Below, one piece after another: positions 17,748 through 27,177 of a DNA stretch of 64,000 nt (positions are counted from its first letter, which is position 1; each line of letters starts with the position of its first letter). The translations under genes were made by a program, and so were the position numbers. Source of the stretch: Flavobacterium sp. UBA2787. GTDB lineage: Bacteria; Bacteroidota; Bacteroidia; Flavobacteriales; Flavobacteriaceae. The notes beneath the pieces are model-generated. The model had not been told where the DNA came from and ran no database searches. It saw only the letters and a program-made list of their open reading frames with translations. The stretch lies in assembly GCF_002352205.1 (NCBI RefSeq), contig NZ_DEHZ01000014.1:97047-161046 (forward strand). Direction: 5' to 3'.

Positions 17748-17780
17748 AACATCCCGATTAAAGTCGGGATGTTTTTTTTT
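17748..17780 (+). terminator. rho-independent terminator
   Basis: AACATCCCGA-TTAAAG-TCGGGATGTT (perfect 10-bp stem) followed by a T9 run. Confidence 0.9.
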
Positions 17781-17824
17781 GAATTCTTTTAAAATTATAT
17801 TTTTTATAAAGCGATTTTAAAAAA

Positions 17825-19957
17825 TTAATTCTTTATGAGTTTGTATGTTGACTTACTGTTTTCAGTGGTAATGATGATGAAATAAAAGCCATTATTAAGA
17901 TAACTTATATCAATTGGTTTAAAATTTTCCACAGTTCCTTCCGTTAATTTCTTACCGTTGATAGATACTATTTCATATGTAGAATTAACTAAATTTTCCA
18001 TAGAGATAGTTACGATTGATGATGCAGGATTAGGAATTATTTTAAAGTTATTTCTAAAATTTTCTGTAATAGATAAAGGAGCAAATTGTGTAGTAACTGT
18101 ATTTGTGATGATAGGAGGATTAAAATCAAAATAAATATCTGAAGACGAACTGGCAATATCACCAATTGAAAAGTTGTTTTTCAATTTAATTTTGTAAAGC
18201 ATCCAACCGTTACTTAATTCGGGCTCAATTTCTTCATAAGGTAAATTTATATCTGGAAAAGTATAAGTTAATTCATTACCGTTTCTAATTTCTATGTTTG
18301 CATTATGACTTTCTGCAATCGGAGTAAAAGTTGTCCAATCCAGATTAGCATCTAATATTTCTTTGATAATGACAAATGTGGCATTTGCTGTTCCTGAATT
18401 TTGAAAGCGAGTTAAGTAAGTTAAATATTCATTCGCCTGACTTTCTTCTATATAAGCACCTTCTAAAACTGTTTTATCATTCGGATCAAACGAACTAACA
18501 ACAATTTGATTGATCACTTTTGTGTTATTTATTGGTGTAACATCACTAGCTATGGGATTAACAATAGCAGTGAAAGTAAGTATATCGTTCATAACAACAG
18601 TTGGTGGAGTAAACACAGAGAAAGTAACAGGAATTGATCTTATTTCAAAAGGAAGCAGATTGCTAAAATTCCATTCTAAAGATGAAGTATTCACATTATC
18701 AGGACTTGGTGCTGAATTATTAAACGTTAATTTAGTTCCATCAAATGATAATGATACTGTTCCATTCATAACAGTTGTCCCATTGTTTTGGTAAAAAATC
18801 ATGTAATTGGCAGTAAACCCCGGAATTGCATCATTAATATTTGTGAATAAAATTGATAAATCATTAATGCTTGTGGTACTTGAAATACAAAAATTTTGGT
18901 TATTATAGTTTACTGATGCAGCATTAGTAATAGAATTGACACTACGCGTTGAAGGATTTGATGTAAAATTAGCAGGAAGATTTTCTAATGTAGTAATGGT
19001 GTATGATTCATTAATATTTGGAATATTTATGGAATAATCCCCATTTGTATTGGTAAACGTTCTATAATTCAGACTACTTGTAATAGCCTTAACTGTTCTT
19101 CGTGGAAAATTTAGACCATTAGCACAATTATCATTATTTAAATTGAATTTAACGTTTCCACTAATTATATGAGGCGGAAGTGGAGTTATTGAAACAATAG
19201 AAAATTCATTATTAGGATTTGGACAACCTGAACAATTTTGACCGTCAAAATAGAAAAATTGACTTTGACCACAAGAGTCAAATCCTTCACCATAGGCTGT
19301 GTTATAAACGTATCCAAAATCTATTTCTTCTTGAGTGATGTAGTGTATTCCGGTTGCTGTATTACCCGATATTGTTACGGTTGCATTATTGTCAATTATT
19401 TCTGATAATTCATAACCCATATTGAAATCGGTATAAATAGTATAGGTGTAATTTATAACATCACCAACATCAACTATTGAATTATTGTTTAAATCCTGAT
19501 ATACCCCCGACTGTGAACCATACATATAATCATCAAAATAGGCATATGTATATTCGTTTAGTTCATAAAAATCTGCATAGTTAGGGTTTGAGTAAGATCC
19601 CGGATCAGCAGACATATCATAGACGTAACCACCCGTCTCAGTTTCAGCTTCTGCGATTGCCTCCAAAAATAGTACACAATCTAAATAGTCAAATGAAATC
19701 CCTACGAGTAAAATTGGTGTTTCTTCACCAATTTGTAATGTTTCGATATTTGTTTCAAAATAAACTTCTGGTGAATTTGAATATACATAGATATTAGTTA
19801 ATACTTCGTCTCCAAGATTTTTTACTTTTATTTTAGCTAAACCAGCTTCATAAACTAATAAAACCCCAATTCTTGGTTCGTTAATAGAACTAATGTTATC
19901 CTTTGCATTGGCAAATGAAAATAAAGCAATAAAAAAAAATAGTAAAATTTTTTTCAT
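17825..19957 (-). CDS. T9SS-secreted surface protein (C-terminal Por/type-A sorting domain)
   Basis: Signal peptide MKKILLFFFIALFSFANA from ATG 19957. C-terminus FKIIPNPASSIVTISMEN...NGFYFIIITTENSKSTYKLIKN matches the T9SS CTD pattern. An internal SFDPNDK motif region is present. Confidence 0.8.
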   Translation of the reverse strand: MKKILLFFFIALFSFANAKDNISSINEPRIGVLLVYEAGLAKIKVKNLGDEVLTNIYVYSNSPEVYFETNIETLQIGEETPILLVGISFDYLDCVLFLEAIAEAETETGGYVYDMSADPGSYSNPNYADFYELNEYTYAYFDDYMYGSQSGVYQDLNNNSIVDVGDVINYTYTIYTDFNMGYELSEIIDNNATVTISGNTATGIHYITQEEIDFGYVYNTAYGEGFDSCGQSQFFYFDGQNCSGCPNPNNEFSIVSITPLPPHIISGNVKFNLNNDNCANGLNFPRRTVKAITSSLNYRTFTNTNGDYSINIPNINESYTITTLENLPANFTSNPSTRSVNSITNAASVNYNNQNFCISSTTSINDLSILFTNINDAIPGFTANYMIFYQNNGTTVMNGTVSLSFDGTKLTFNNSAPSPDNVNTSSLEWNFSNLLPFEIRSIPVTFSVFTPPTVVMNDILTFTAIVNPIASDVTPINNTKVINQIVVSSFDPNDKTVLEGAYIEESQANEYLTYLTRFQNSGTANATFVIIKEILDANLDWTTFTPIAESHNANIEIRNGNELTYTFPDINLPYEEIEPELSNGWMLYKIKLKNNFSIGDIASSSSDIYFDFNPPIITNTVTTQFAPLSITENFRNNFKIIPNPASSIVTISMENLVNSTYEIVSINGKKLTEGTVENFKPIDISYLNNGFYFIIITTENSKSTYKLIKN

Positions 19958-20065
19958 AAGTTTTAAAAATTTGGTTATCAATTAACAAACTTAATTAAAT
20001 TATATGTGATATTTTTTTAAATTTTAAAATAATTTATAATTTGGAAGCAAGCTTCATTTTCATCA

Positions 20066-20731
20066 TCAATCATTCCCTTTTCTTACTTTCTCAAACTCCT
20101 TCAAAACCGACTTCCTTCCAATCGTTTTCGTAATCACATCTTTCTCCAAACTCCAACCTCTTGCGGGTGAATATTCGCGTCCGTACCAAATAATTTGCAA
20201 GTGCAAATCGTTCCACAATTCTCTCGGAAAAATAGCTTTCGCATCGCGTTCCGTTTGCACGACATTTTTTCCATCCGATAAATTCCAACGATACATCAAT
20301 CGATGAATGTGTGTATCCACCGGAAAAGCGGGTACACCAAATGCCTGACTCATCACTACACTCGCCGTTTTGTGACCCACAGCCGGAAGTTCTTCCAACG
20401 CTTCAAAACTTTGCGGAACCAAACCATTGTGCTTTTGAATCAAAATTTCTGATAAACCGTGAATTCCCTTCGATTTCATAGGTGAAAGCCCACACGGACG
20501 AATAATTTCCTTAATTTCTTCCACACTCATTTTCACCATATCATACGGATTATCGGCTTTTGCAAACAAAAGTGGCGTAATTTGATTCACCCGAACATCC
20601 GTGCATTGAGCCGAAAGCAATACCGCAATCAGCAAAGTGTACGAATCTTTGTGGTCCAAGGGCACAGGAATCGATGGATATAAGTCATTTAACGTATTTA
20701 TAACAAATGTTGCACGCTGTTTCTTCGTCAT
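20066..20731 (-). CDS. nth: endonuclease III (DNA glycosylase/AP lyase)
   Basis: HhH-GPD signature LPAVGHKTASVVMSQAFG...PVDTHIHR. N-terminus LLIAVLLSAQCTDVRVN. Confidence 0.93.
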   Translation of the reverse strand: MTKKQRATFVINTLNDLYPSIPVPLDHKDSYTLLIAVLLSAQCTDVRVNQITPLLFAKADNPYDMVKMSVEEIKEIIRPCGLSPMKSKGIHGLSEILIQKHNGLVPQSFEALEELPAVGHKTASVVMSQAFGVPAFPVDTHIHRLMYRWNLSDGKNVVQTERDAKAIFPRELWNDLHLQIIWYGREYSPARGWSLEKDVITKTIGRKSVLKEFEKVRKGND

Positions 20732-20784
20732 TTTCGTAATTTTATGATTGTAAATTTATACTATTAATTTTTATGTGCCTAATC

Positions 20785-20924
20785 CAGCTTTCCGTTCCAA
20801 GTTTTATTTCACAAAGCTGTTTTTGTTAAGTCCAAAAAGAGCTTCCTTTGGTCGCTTTTTTAGCCTTACAAAAACTAGCTTTCTTCAATAAAAGCTTTCC
20901 ACTGCAATCTGGGGCAAGAAAAAG
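20785..20924 (+). repeat. modular GC-rich intergenic element, copy E3
   Basis: Module A CAGCTTTCCGTTCCAAGTTTT (20785-20805); module B AAAAAGAGCTTCCTTTGGTCGCTTTTTT (20834-20861); module C AAAAGCTTTCCACTGCAATCTGGGGCAAGAAAAAG (20890-20924). Confidence 0.65.
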
Positions 20925-21088
20925 AGATTGTTAGATTTTTAGATTGTTAGAAAAAAAATTATTAGATTTTTTGATTTTCAGATTATTAGAAAAACAGATT
21001 ATTAGATTTTCACATCTTCTAAAAATCCAACAATCGAACAATCCAAAAATCGAACAATCCAAAAATCAAATAATCTAAAAATCCAACA
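20925..21088. repeat. two opposed arrays of AGATTNTT-type octamers (long imperfect palindrome)
   Basis: Left arm 20925-21011 is built of AGATTGTT/AGATTTTT/AGATTATT words. Right arm 21018-21088 is built of their reverse complements AACAATCG/AAAAATCC/AATAATCT and ends 1 nt before the bcp ATG. Confidence 0.75.
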
Positions 21089-21089
21089 T

Positions 21090-21542
21090 ATGACAACATT
21101 AGAAAAAGGCGACAAAGCACCCAATTTTTCAGCAAAAGATCAAGACGGAAAAGTTCACACCTTATCCGATTACAAAGGAAAAAAATTAGTGGTTTTCTTC
21201 TATCCAAAAGCCAACACGCCGGGCTGTACCGCCGAAGCTTGCGATTTACGTGATAATTTTGCCCGTTTCGAAGCCAACAATTATGCACTTTTAGGCGTGA
21301 GTGCCGACAATGCCAAAGCACAATCAAATTTCAAAAACAAATACGAATTCCCATTTCCGCTTTTAGCCGATGAAGACAAAGCAGTCATTCAAGCCTTTGG
21401 TGTTTGGGGACCCAAAAAATTTATGGGCAAAGAGTACGACGGAATTCATCGCACCACATTTGTAATCAACGAAAACGGAATTATTGATGAGGTTATCACT
21501 TCTGTAAAAACTAAAGCTCACGCAGAACAAATTTTAGGATAA
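21090..21542 (+). CDS. bcp: thioredoxin-dependent thiol peroxidase (peroxiredoxin Bcp)
   Basis: 150 aa. FFYPKANTPGCTAEAC active site. Length and layout typical of Bcp. Confidence 0.93.
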   Translation: MTTLEKGDKAPNFSAKDQDGKVHTLSDYKGKKLVVFFYPKANTPGCTAEACDLRDNFARFEANNYALLGVSADNAKAQSNFKNKYEFPFPLLADEDKAVIQAFGVWGPKKFMGKEYDGIHRTTFVINENGIIDEVITSVKTKAHAEQILG

Positions 21543-21565
21543 AAAACTAAGTAATTTTAGCGACA

Positions 21566-21610
21566 AATTCCACTAATTCACACAAATTAATTCGTGAAAT
21601 TAGTGGAATT
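21566..21610. terminator. long hairpin between convergent genes (likely bidirectional terminator)
   Basis: AATTCCACTAATT+CAC pairs with GTG(A)AATTAGTGGAATT: a 13+3 bp stem with one bulge, followed by CGTGGCTTTTATCTTTT. Confidence 0.65.
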
Positions 21611-21625
21611 CGTGGCTTTTATCTT

Positions 21626-23098
21626 TTAATTCGTTGGTTCTTCAATTTTTGGTTTGGAGTCGTAGCCAAATAATTTATCTTTTTTAATTATTTCGGCAAC
21701 ACCTTTTGGCAGCATTTCTTCCCAACCTTCGGTTCCTTTAGCAATCATTCTCAACACGTGACGAGAATAAATTTCCAAGTTATTTTGGTTGGCAATTTCA
21801 ATATCGACCACTTTCCCGTTGAATTTAAAGAATTTGTATAATTCTTTCATTCTCGGATGTACTTTTAAGTTTTCAGAATTGACGATTTCACCATTTTCAT
21901 CTTTCATTGGATATAGGAAAACTTTCAAATCACGGTAGAATAATTTACCAAAAGCTTCCAAAATTCCACCACTTAAATGACGGTAATATTTTTCATCAAA
22001 AATATCCACTAAGTTGTTGACACCCATCGCCAATCCCATTCTGGCTTTCGTGTAACTGGAGAAATATTCAACCACACGATAGTATTCTTGGAAGTTCGAA
22101 ATCATTACATATTGACCAAGTGAACAAAGTAATTCGGCACGATCCATAAAATCACGTTCATCAATTTCACCTTCCGAACGTAAATTGGAAAGTGTAATTT
22201 CAAAAATAACTAACGTATTATCGGCTTCAACTTTGTTTTCACACAAAAACATCTCAAGCGATTTTTCATACATATCCATATTCACACGAGTTACCGGGCG
22301 AAAACTTCCACGAAGAGCTAAAATGTTTTTCTTGTATAAAATTGAAGCAGGAAGAATATTATTTCCATCAGGGCCAAACATTACGGCATCGGTCATTCCG
22401 TTTTTAACCAATTGTAAACTCATCAATCGATTGTCAACATTGGCAAATCGAGGACCGGAAAAGTTAATCGTATCAATTTCTAACTGATCTTTGTCTAAAT
22501 GGTCATATAAATATCGCAATAATTTTTTAGGATCATTGTATTTATAAAACGCACCATAAATTAAGTTCACACCAAGAATACCTAGAGTTTCTTGTTGTAA
22601 TCGAGCATCATTTTCTTTAAAACGAATATGAAGAATGATTTCGTTATAATCTTCGTCCGGTTCAATTTGGTATTTCACACCAACCCAACCGTGACCTTTA
22701 AATTGCTTTGCAAAATCAATGGTTGCTACGGTATTTGCATAACTGAAAAACATTTTGTTAGGGTGTTTTACACGATCCAAACGTTTTTCAATTAAATCTA
22801 CTTCGTGGGAAAGCATTTTTTTCAAACGACTTTCAGTTACATATCTACCGTCTTTTTCAATACCGTAAATCGCATCACTAAAATCTTTATCATATGCAGA
22901 CATCGCTTTTGCAATCGTTCCGGATGAGCCTCCCGATCTAAAAAAGTGACGCACAGTTTCCTGTCCCGCACCAATTTCTGCAAAAGTTCCGTATATATTT
23001 TCGTTAAGGTTGATTCGCAGGGCTTTATCTTTTATCGAGGGAATTTGTTCAATCGCTCGATCACCTTTAAGTTTTATTTCCATCGCAATTCTTTCCAT
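21626..23098 (-). CDS. conserved cytoplasmic protein of unknown function (~485-490 aa)
   Basis: Long ORF with no signal peptide or TM helix. Distinctive N-terminal IYGTFAEIGAGQETVRHFF. An alternative start is ATG 23083. I cannot assign a family from sequence alone. Confidence 0.6.
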   Translation of the reverse strand: MERIAMEIKLKGDRAIEQIPSIKDKALRINLNENIYGTFAEIGAGQETVRHFFRSGGSSGTIAKAMSAYDKDFSDAIYGIEKDGRYVTESRLKKMLSHEVDLIEKRLDRVKHPNKMFFSYANTVATIDFAKQFKGHGWVGVKYQIEPDEDYNEIILHIRFKENDARLQQETLGILGVNLIYGAFYKYNDPKKLLRYLYDHLDKDQLEIDTINFSGPRFANVDNRLMSLQLVKNGMTDAVMFGPDGNNILPASILYKKNILALRGSFRPVTRVNMDMYEKSLEMFLCENKVEADNTLVIFEITLSNLRSEGEIDERDFMDRAELLCSLGQYVMISNFQEYYRVVEYFSSYTKARMGLAMGVNNLVDIFDEKYYRHLSGGILEAFGKLFYRDLKVFLYPMKDENGEIVNSENLKVHPRMKELYKFFKFNGKVVDIEIANQNNLEIYSRHVLRMIAKGTEGWEEMLPKGVAEIIKKDKLFGYDSKPKIEEPTN

Positions 23099-23160
23099 AA
23101 TCAGTAATAGTTCAATGCAAAGTTAACAAATATCATACCGTAATAAAAGATAAATAGTGC

Positions 23161-23168
23161 TATTTTTG
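23161..23168 (+). promoter_or_regulatory. candidate -7 promoter box (TATTTTTG)
   Basis: TAnnTTTG match 15 nt upstream of the TTG start at 23184. Confidence 0.35.
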
Positions 23169-23183
23169 TGAAAATTTAACGTC

Positions 23184-23948
23184 TTGAAGGTTTATTTTTT
23201 AGGCACGGGCACATCACAAGGAATTCCTGTAATCGGGAGTAATCATTCTGTTTGCAAAAGTTCTGATTCTAAAGACAAACGTTTGCGAGTTTCGGTATGG
23301 ATTTATGACAAAGACTATTCATTTGTGATTGATTGCGGACCTGATTTCAGACAACAGATGTTAACTTCCGGTTGCACGAAGTTAGATGCTATTCTTTTTA
23401 CGCACGAACACGCCGATCATACTGCTGGATTAGACGACATCAGACCATTTTTTTTCAAGCAAGGTGATATTCCAATTTATGCTCATCAAAGAGTAATTCA
23501 AAATTTGAAAAAACGTTTTGATTATATTTTTGAAACGGAAGATAGATATCCTGGAGCTCCTTCTGTAGCAGTTCATGAAGTAATTCCAAATCAAAATTTT
23601 TCAATCGCTCAAAAAAAAATTATTCCAATTGAGGTGATGCATGGAAACCTTCAGGTATTTGGATATCGCATTGATAATTTTGCTTATTTAACGGATGTAA
23701 AAACCATTGCAAAAAGTGAACTTGAAAAACTGAAAAATTTAGATGTATTGGTTGTCAATGCCTTACGTGAAGAACCTCACAGCACACATTTTAATTTGGA
23801 AGAAGCATTAAATTTCATAGCTTTGGTCAATCCGAAAAAAAGTTATTTGACGCACATTAGTCATCTGTTGGGATTTCATCAAGAAGTACAACAAAAATTG
23901 CCAAAAAACGTTTATTTAGCATACGATAACTTAGAAATTTCAATTTAA
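23184..23948 (+). CDS. MBL-fold metallo-hydrolase (PhnP-like phosphodiesterase family)
   Basis: MKVYFLGTGTSQGIPVIG... and the HEHADH metal motif. TTG start. Confidence 0.85.
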   Translation: MKVYFLGTGTSQGIPVIGSNHSVCKSSDSKDKRLRVSVWIYDKDYSFVIDCGPDFRQQMLTSGCTKLDAILFTHEHADHTAGLDDIRPFFFKQGDIPIYAHQRVIQNLKKRFDYIFETEDRYPGAPSVAVHEVIPNQNFSIAQKKIIPIEVMHGNLQVFGYRIDNFAYLTDVKTIAKSELEKLKNLDVLVVNALREEPHSTHFNLEEALNFIALVNPKKSYLTHISHLLGFHQEVQQKLPKNVYLAYDNLEISI

Positions 23949-23952
23949 TAAA

Positions 23953-24438
23953 ATGAAAAAATCATTATTTCTCTATTTGTTCATTGTCAGTGTTTTAATG
24001 ACAGTTTTTACTTTTATGTATTATAGTAAAAAAGTAAAATTTGAAGCAGAACGATTTGAAAATTTGAAGACTAAGATGAATGACACAATTCAAACACTTA
24101 ATAATCAGATTTTTGATGCAAATTATTTTACGCTTCGAAATAATGACAATGCTCAAAATTATTTAGAAGATTATTCTATTGAAAAATTAATTCCGAAAAT
24201 TGAAGCCAATTTAATGGAATTAAACGATAATCCGGAAGGAAATCCGTTGGTTGATTTTGGTAAAATTGATGATAGAAAATTTATCATTAATAAAATTGAA
24301 GTATTAAACCATCGTTGGATTATTGCCGATTTCAGTAACGGAGATCTTTGGGGTGAAGTATTGTTGCAGTATTTCATTGAAGAAGATGAATCATTAGATT
24401 TTAAAATTATTCAGTCAACATTGTATCCAAAACAGTAA
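23953..24438 (+). CDS. hypothetical membrane-anchored protein
   Basis: 161 aa with an N-terminal TM/signal anchor LFLYLFIVSVLMTVFTFMYY. Starts 4 nt after the previous gene. Confidence 0.5.
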   Translation: MKKSLFLYLFIVSVLMTVFTFMYYSKKVKFEAERFENLKTKMNDTIQTLNNQIFDANYFTLRNNDNAQNYLEDYSIEKLIPKIEANLMELNDNPEGNPLVDFGKIDDRKFIINKIEVLNHRWIIADFSNGDLWGEVLLQYFIEEDESLDFKIIQSTLYPKQ

Positions 24439-24472
24439 ACTTTTGTATATTTAAGTCCTTAATTTTTTTCCT

Positions 24473-24964
24473 ATGAAAAATTGTTTGCTTTTAGCTGTAT
24501 TGGTTTTGAGTTTTGTTTCCTGCAAAAAATTTGATCAGGATGTAGAACCTGAATTGCTTAAAAAGCAAACGTTGTTAGACACAATTACCAGCATCGACAA
24601 AGATGAAAATGGTTGTTTGGATGGAGCTGGTTATTTTTGGTCAACATTGAATAAAGAATGTATAAAAATCTATGAATCGGCAATCACTTTATATCCTCAG
24701 GATAATCAAAATAATGAGGATGAAACAAAAAATGCCTACATTGTTTTTGGTGAGAATGGAGGAAACGAAGCAGAAATATTTCTTCCTAATCAAGTGAAAT
24801 CAGTAATTCTTATTCGTCCCGAAGAAGGCCAACCTTGGAAATTTGACGAATGGCAGCTCATTCCGTGGAAAGGATTTGTACTTAAAAAAGGAGAAGATAT
24901 TTTATTTGCCGGCGATGGAGGTGTTGGACCAAAAATCACCGGAAGCGATAAAAACGAGGATTAA
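24473..24964 (+). CDS. hypothetical lipoprotein
   Basis: Signal peptide with lipobox LVLSFVSC. Confidence 0.5.
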   Translation: MKNCLLLAVLVLSFVSCKKFDQDVEPELLKKQTLLDTITSIDKDENGCLDGAGYFWSTLNKECIKIYESAITLYPQDNQNNEDETKNAYIVFGENGGNEAEIFLPNQVKSVILIRPEEGQPWKFDEWQLIPWKGFVLKKGEDILFAGDGGVGPKITGSDKNED

Positions 24965-24965
24965 T

Positions 24966-25610
24966 TTACTTATTTTCTTCCAACCAATTCCTAAAATCAT
25001 AAAAATTTTGTGGAGCAACTCCGTGACCAACGGGATATTCTTTATACACAAATTTAATTCCTAATTTTTCTAAAACCGGACTTGTTTTTCTTGCCCAATC
25101 CACCGGAATTACCTGATCAACAGTTCCATGTGAAGCAAATATTTTTAAGTTTGAGAAGTCATTTTGCTCAAAATTCTCTTTCGCCATGTCGGTATTCAAA
25201 TAACCACTCATCGCAACAATTTTTGAAACTTTTTCCGGATAGGATAGGGCGATAGCATAACTCAAAATAGCTCCTTGACTGAATCCGATTAAGGTGATTT
25301 TCTCCTTATCAATTGGATATTTTGCAACCAATTCATCTATAAAATCAACGATTAAATCTCTCGATTGTTTGGCTTGATTTATATCGGAAAACTTAGTGTC
25401 GTCTGCATCAAAATTGATAGCATACCAAGCATAGCTTCCGTACATTAAATCATGCGGAGCTTGTACCGAAATCACATAATATTCCTCCGGAAGTTCTGAT
25501 GCAAATGAAAATAAATCTTCTTTATTACTGCCATAACCGTGCAATAAAAGTAATAAGGGATTTTTTTCTTGAATTGTTTTTGGCTCTCGAATTAAATACT
25601 GTAACGACAT
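24966..25610 (-). CDS. alpha/beta hydrolase (phospholipase/carboxylesterase family)
   Basis: LLLLHGYGSN, nucleophile elbow GFSQGA, C-terminal HGxxD...GH pattern. Confidence 0.8.
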   Translation of the reverse strand: MSLQYLIREPKTIQEKNPLLLLLHGYGSNKEDLFSFASELPEEYYVISVQAPHDLMYGSYAWYAINFDADDTKFSDINQAKQSRDLIVDFIDELVAKYPIDKEKITLIGFSQGAILSYAIALSYPEKVSKIVAMSGYLNTDMAKENFEQNDFSNLKIFASHGTVDQVIPVDWARKTSPVLEKLGIKFVYKEYPVGHGVAPQNFYDFRNWLEENK

Positions 25611-25612
25611 AA

Positions 25613-25924
25613 TTATAGGCTTTTAAATATATTTTGGTAAAAATCACCCAACAAAGGAACTTTTTTCTCTTCATTATTCAATGCTCCCATGAATCCAAAA
25701 ATCCATAAAATAAAAAAGAAAATGTAAAAAGCCGAGGATATCATCCAACTATCAAAATAACCGATAGGATATCCTAAAGCAAAAAAGGTCAAAAAGATTC
25801 CCAATGCTTGTCTGATGTGAAAACTAGCGAATGAACTTTTGTTTTCACTATTCATAAAAATTGCGATTACAGATCCAATAATCGTTAAGTAAGCTACAAT
25901 TGCAGCATTTTTATTTTGTTCCAT
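25613..25924 (-). CDS. small multi-TM membrane protein (DUF4870-like)
   Basis: 103 aa, 3 TM helices, AAIVAYLTIIGSVIAI...FHIRQALG motif. Confidence 0.5.
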   Translation of the reverse strand: MEQNKNAAIVAYLTIIGSVIAIFMNSENKSSFASFHIRQALGIFLTFFALGYPIGYFDSWMISSAFYIFFFILWIFGFMGALNNEEKKVPLLGDFYQNIFKSL

Positions 25925-27177
25925 TATCCTAAAACTAATTTACCATTATTATAAATTCCGTATACTTTTCCAATCATTTTTTCGCCTAAAAAGGCTGAAT
26001 TTTTTGATTTTGAAAGAATATTTTCTTTCGTAAAAGTCCATTCTGATGTAGGATTAAAAAAAGTTAAATCTGCAGTTGAACCTTCTGTTATTGAAGAATT
26101 TTCGATACCAAAAGTTCCTTTTCCATTTGATAATTTAGAAATAATCACATCCAAGGGAAGTACATTTAATAAAGCTCCAAAAGCACTTTCTAAGCCAATG
26201 GTTCCGTTTTTGGCCAAATCAAATTCCATTTTTTTATGCTCAATGTCAATCGGATTATGGTCGGAAGTAATCATATCAATCGTTCCGTCTAAAACACCTT
26301 GCACTAATGCTTTTCTGGTTTTTTCATCTCGCAAGGGTGGACTCACTTTCAAACGTGTGTCAAATTCACTTAATTTTTCATCTGTTAAAACCAAATGATG
26401 AACCGCTACACTGCACGAAACGTGTAAACCTTTTGCTTTTGCGTCTTTGATTAATTTCACTGATTTTGCAGTAGAAATCGTTGGAATATGTAACTTTCCA
26501 CCGGTGTATTCTAATAAAAATAAGTTTCGGGCAATCACTAATTCTTCTGCTAAAGTTGGGATTCCTTTTAATCCTAATCGAGTGGAAACAGCACCTTCGT
26601 GAGCCACACCATTTCCTTTTATTTTTTCATCTTGCGAAAAAGCAATCACTAATCCATCAAAATCTTGCACATATTGCAATCCTATTTTTAGTAAATTAGC
26701 ATTGGTTATATTTTTCCCGTAATCGCCAAAAGCAACTGCTCCGGCATTTTTCATATCGAATAATTCAGCCAAATCATTTCCTTCCGAACCTTTGGTTAAC
26801 GCTCCAATTGGAAATAAATTTACTGCGTTATCTCTGGCTTTTTCCTTTACAAATCGAACTTGCGACTGATTATCAATCACCGGAAACGAGTTGGGTTGCA
26901 AAGCAATAGTTGTAAAACCGCTTTTTGTCGCCACCGATAATCCGTTGGCAATGGTTTCACGGTCTTCAAAACCAGGTTCGCCAAGAGAAACTGAGCTATC
27001 AAACCATCCTTTGGATATATGTAGATTTTCTAAACTAATTTCTTCAAAGTCTTTTTCCGAGGGTAAGTTTAAACCAATTTTTTCAATGTTTTTGCCCACA
27101 ATTTTCAGGTCGGTTTTTTGGTTGTGATGCACACCGTTTGGATCGATTATGGTTGCATTTCGGATGATTAAATTCAT
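25924..27177 (-). CDS. dihydroorotase-like amidohydrolase-fold protein lacking the HxH metal site (probably non-catalytic, PyrC'-like)
   Basis: Collinear with type I DHOase, but GWFDSSVSLGEPG stands where the D-x-H-x-H-x-R-E-P-G signature should be, and AFSQDE replaces AHCED. Start ATG 27177 overlaps the upstream stop (ATGA). Confidence 0.8.
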   Translation of the reverse strand: MNLIIRNATIIDPNGVHHNQKTDLKIVGKNIEKIGLNLPSEKDFEEISLENLHISKGWFDSSVSLGEPGFEDRETIANGLSVATKSGFTTIALQPNSFPVIDNQSQVRFVKEKARDNAVNLFPIGALTKGSEGNDLAELFDMKNAGAVAFGDYGKNITNANLLKIGLQYVQDFDGLVIAFSQDEKIKGNGVAHEGAVSTRLGLKGIPTLAEELVIARNLFLLEYTGGKLHIPTISTAKSVKLIKDAKAKGLHVSCSVAVHHLVLTDEKLSEFDTRLKVSPPLRDEKTRKALVQGVLDGTIDMITSDHNPIDIEHKKMEFDLAKNGTIGLESAFGALLNVLPLDVIISKLSNGKGTFGIENSSITEGSTADLTFFNPTSEWTFTKENILSKSKNSAFLGEKMIGKVYGIYNNGKLVLG

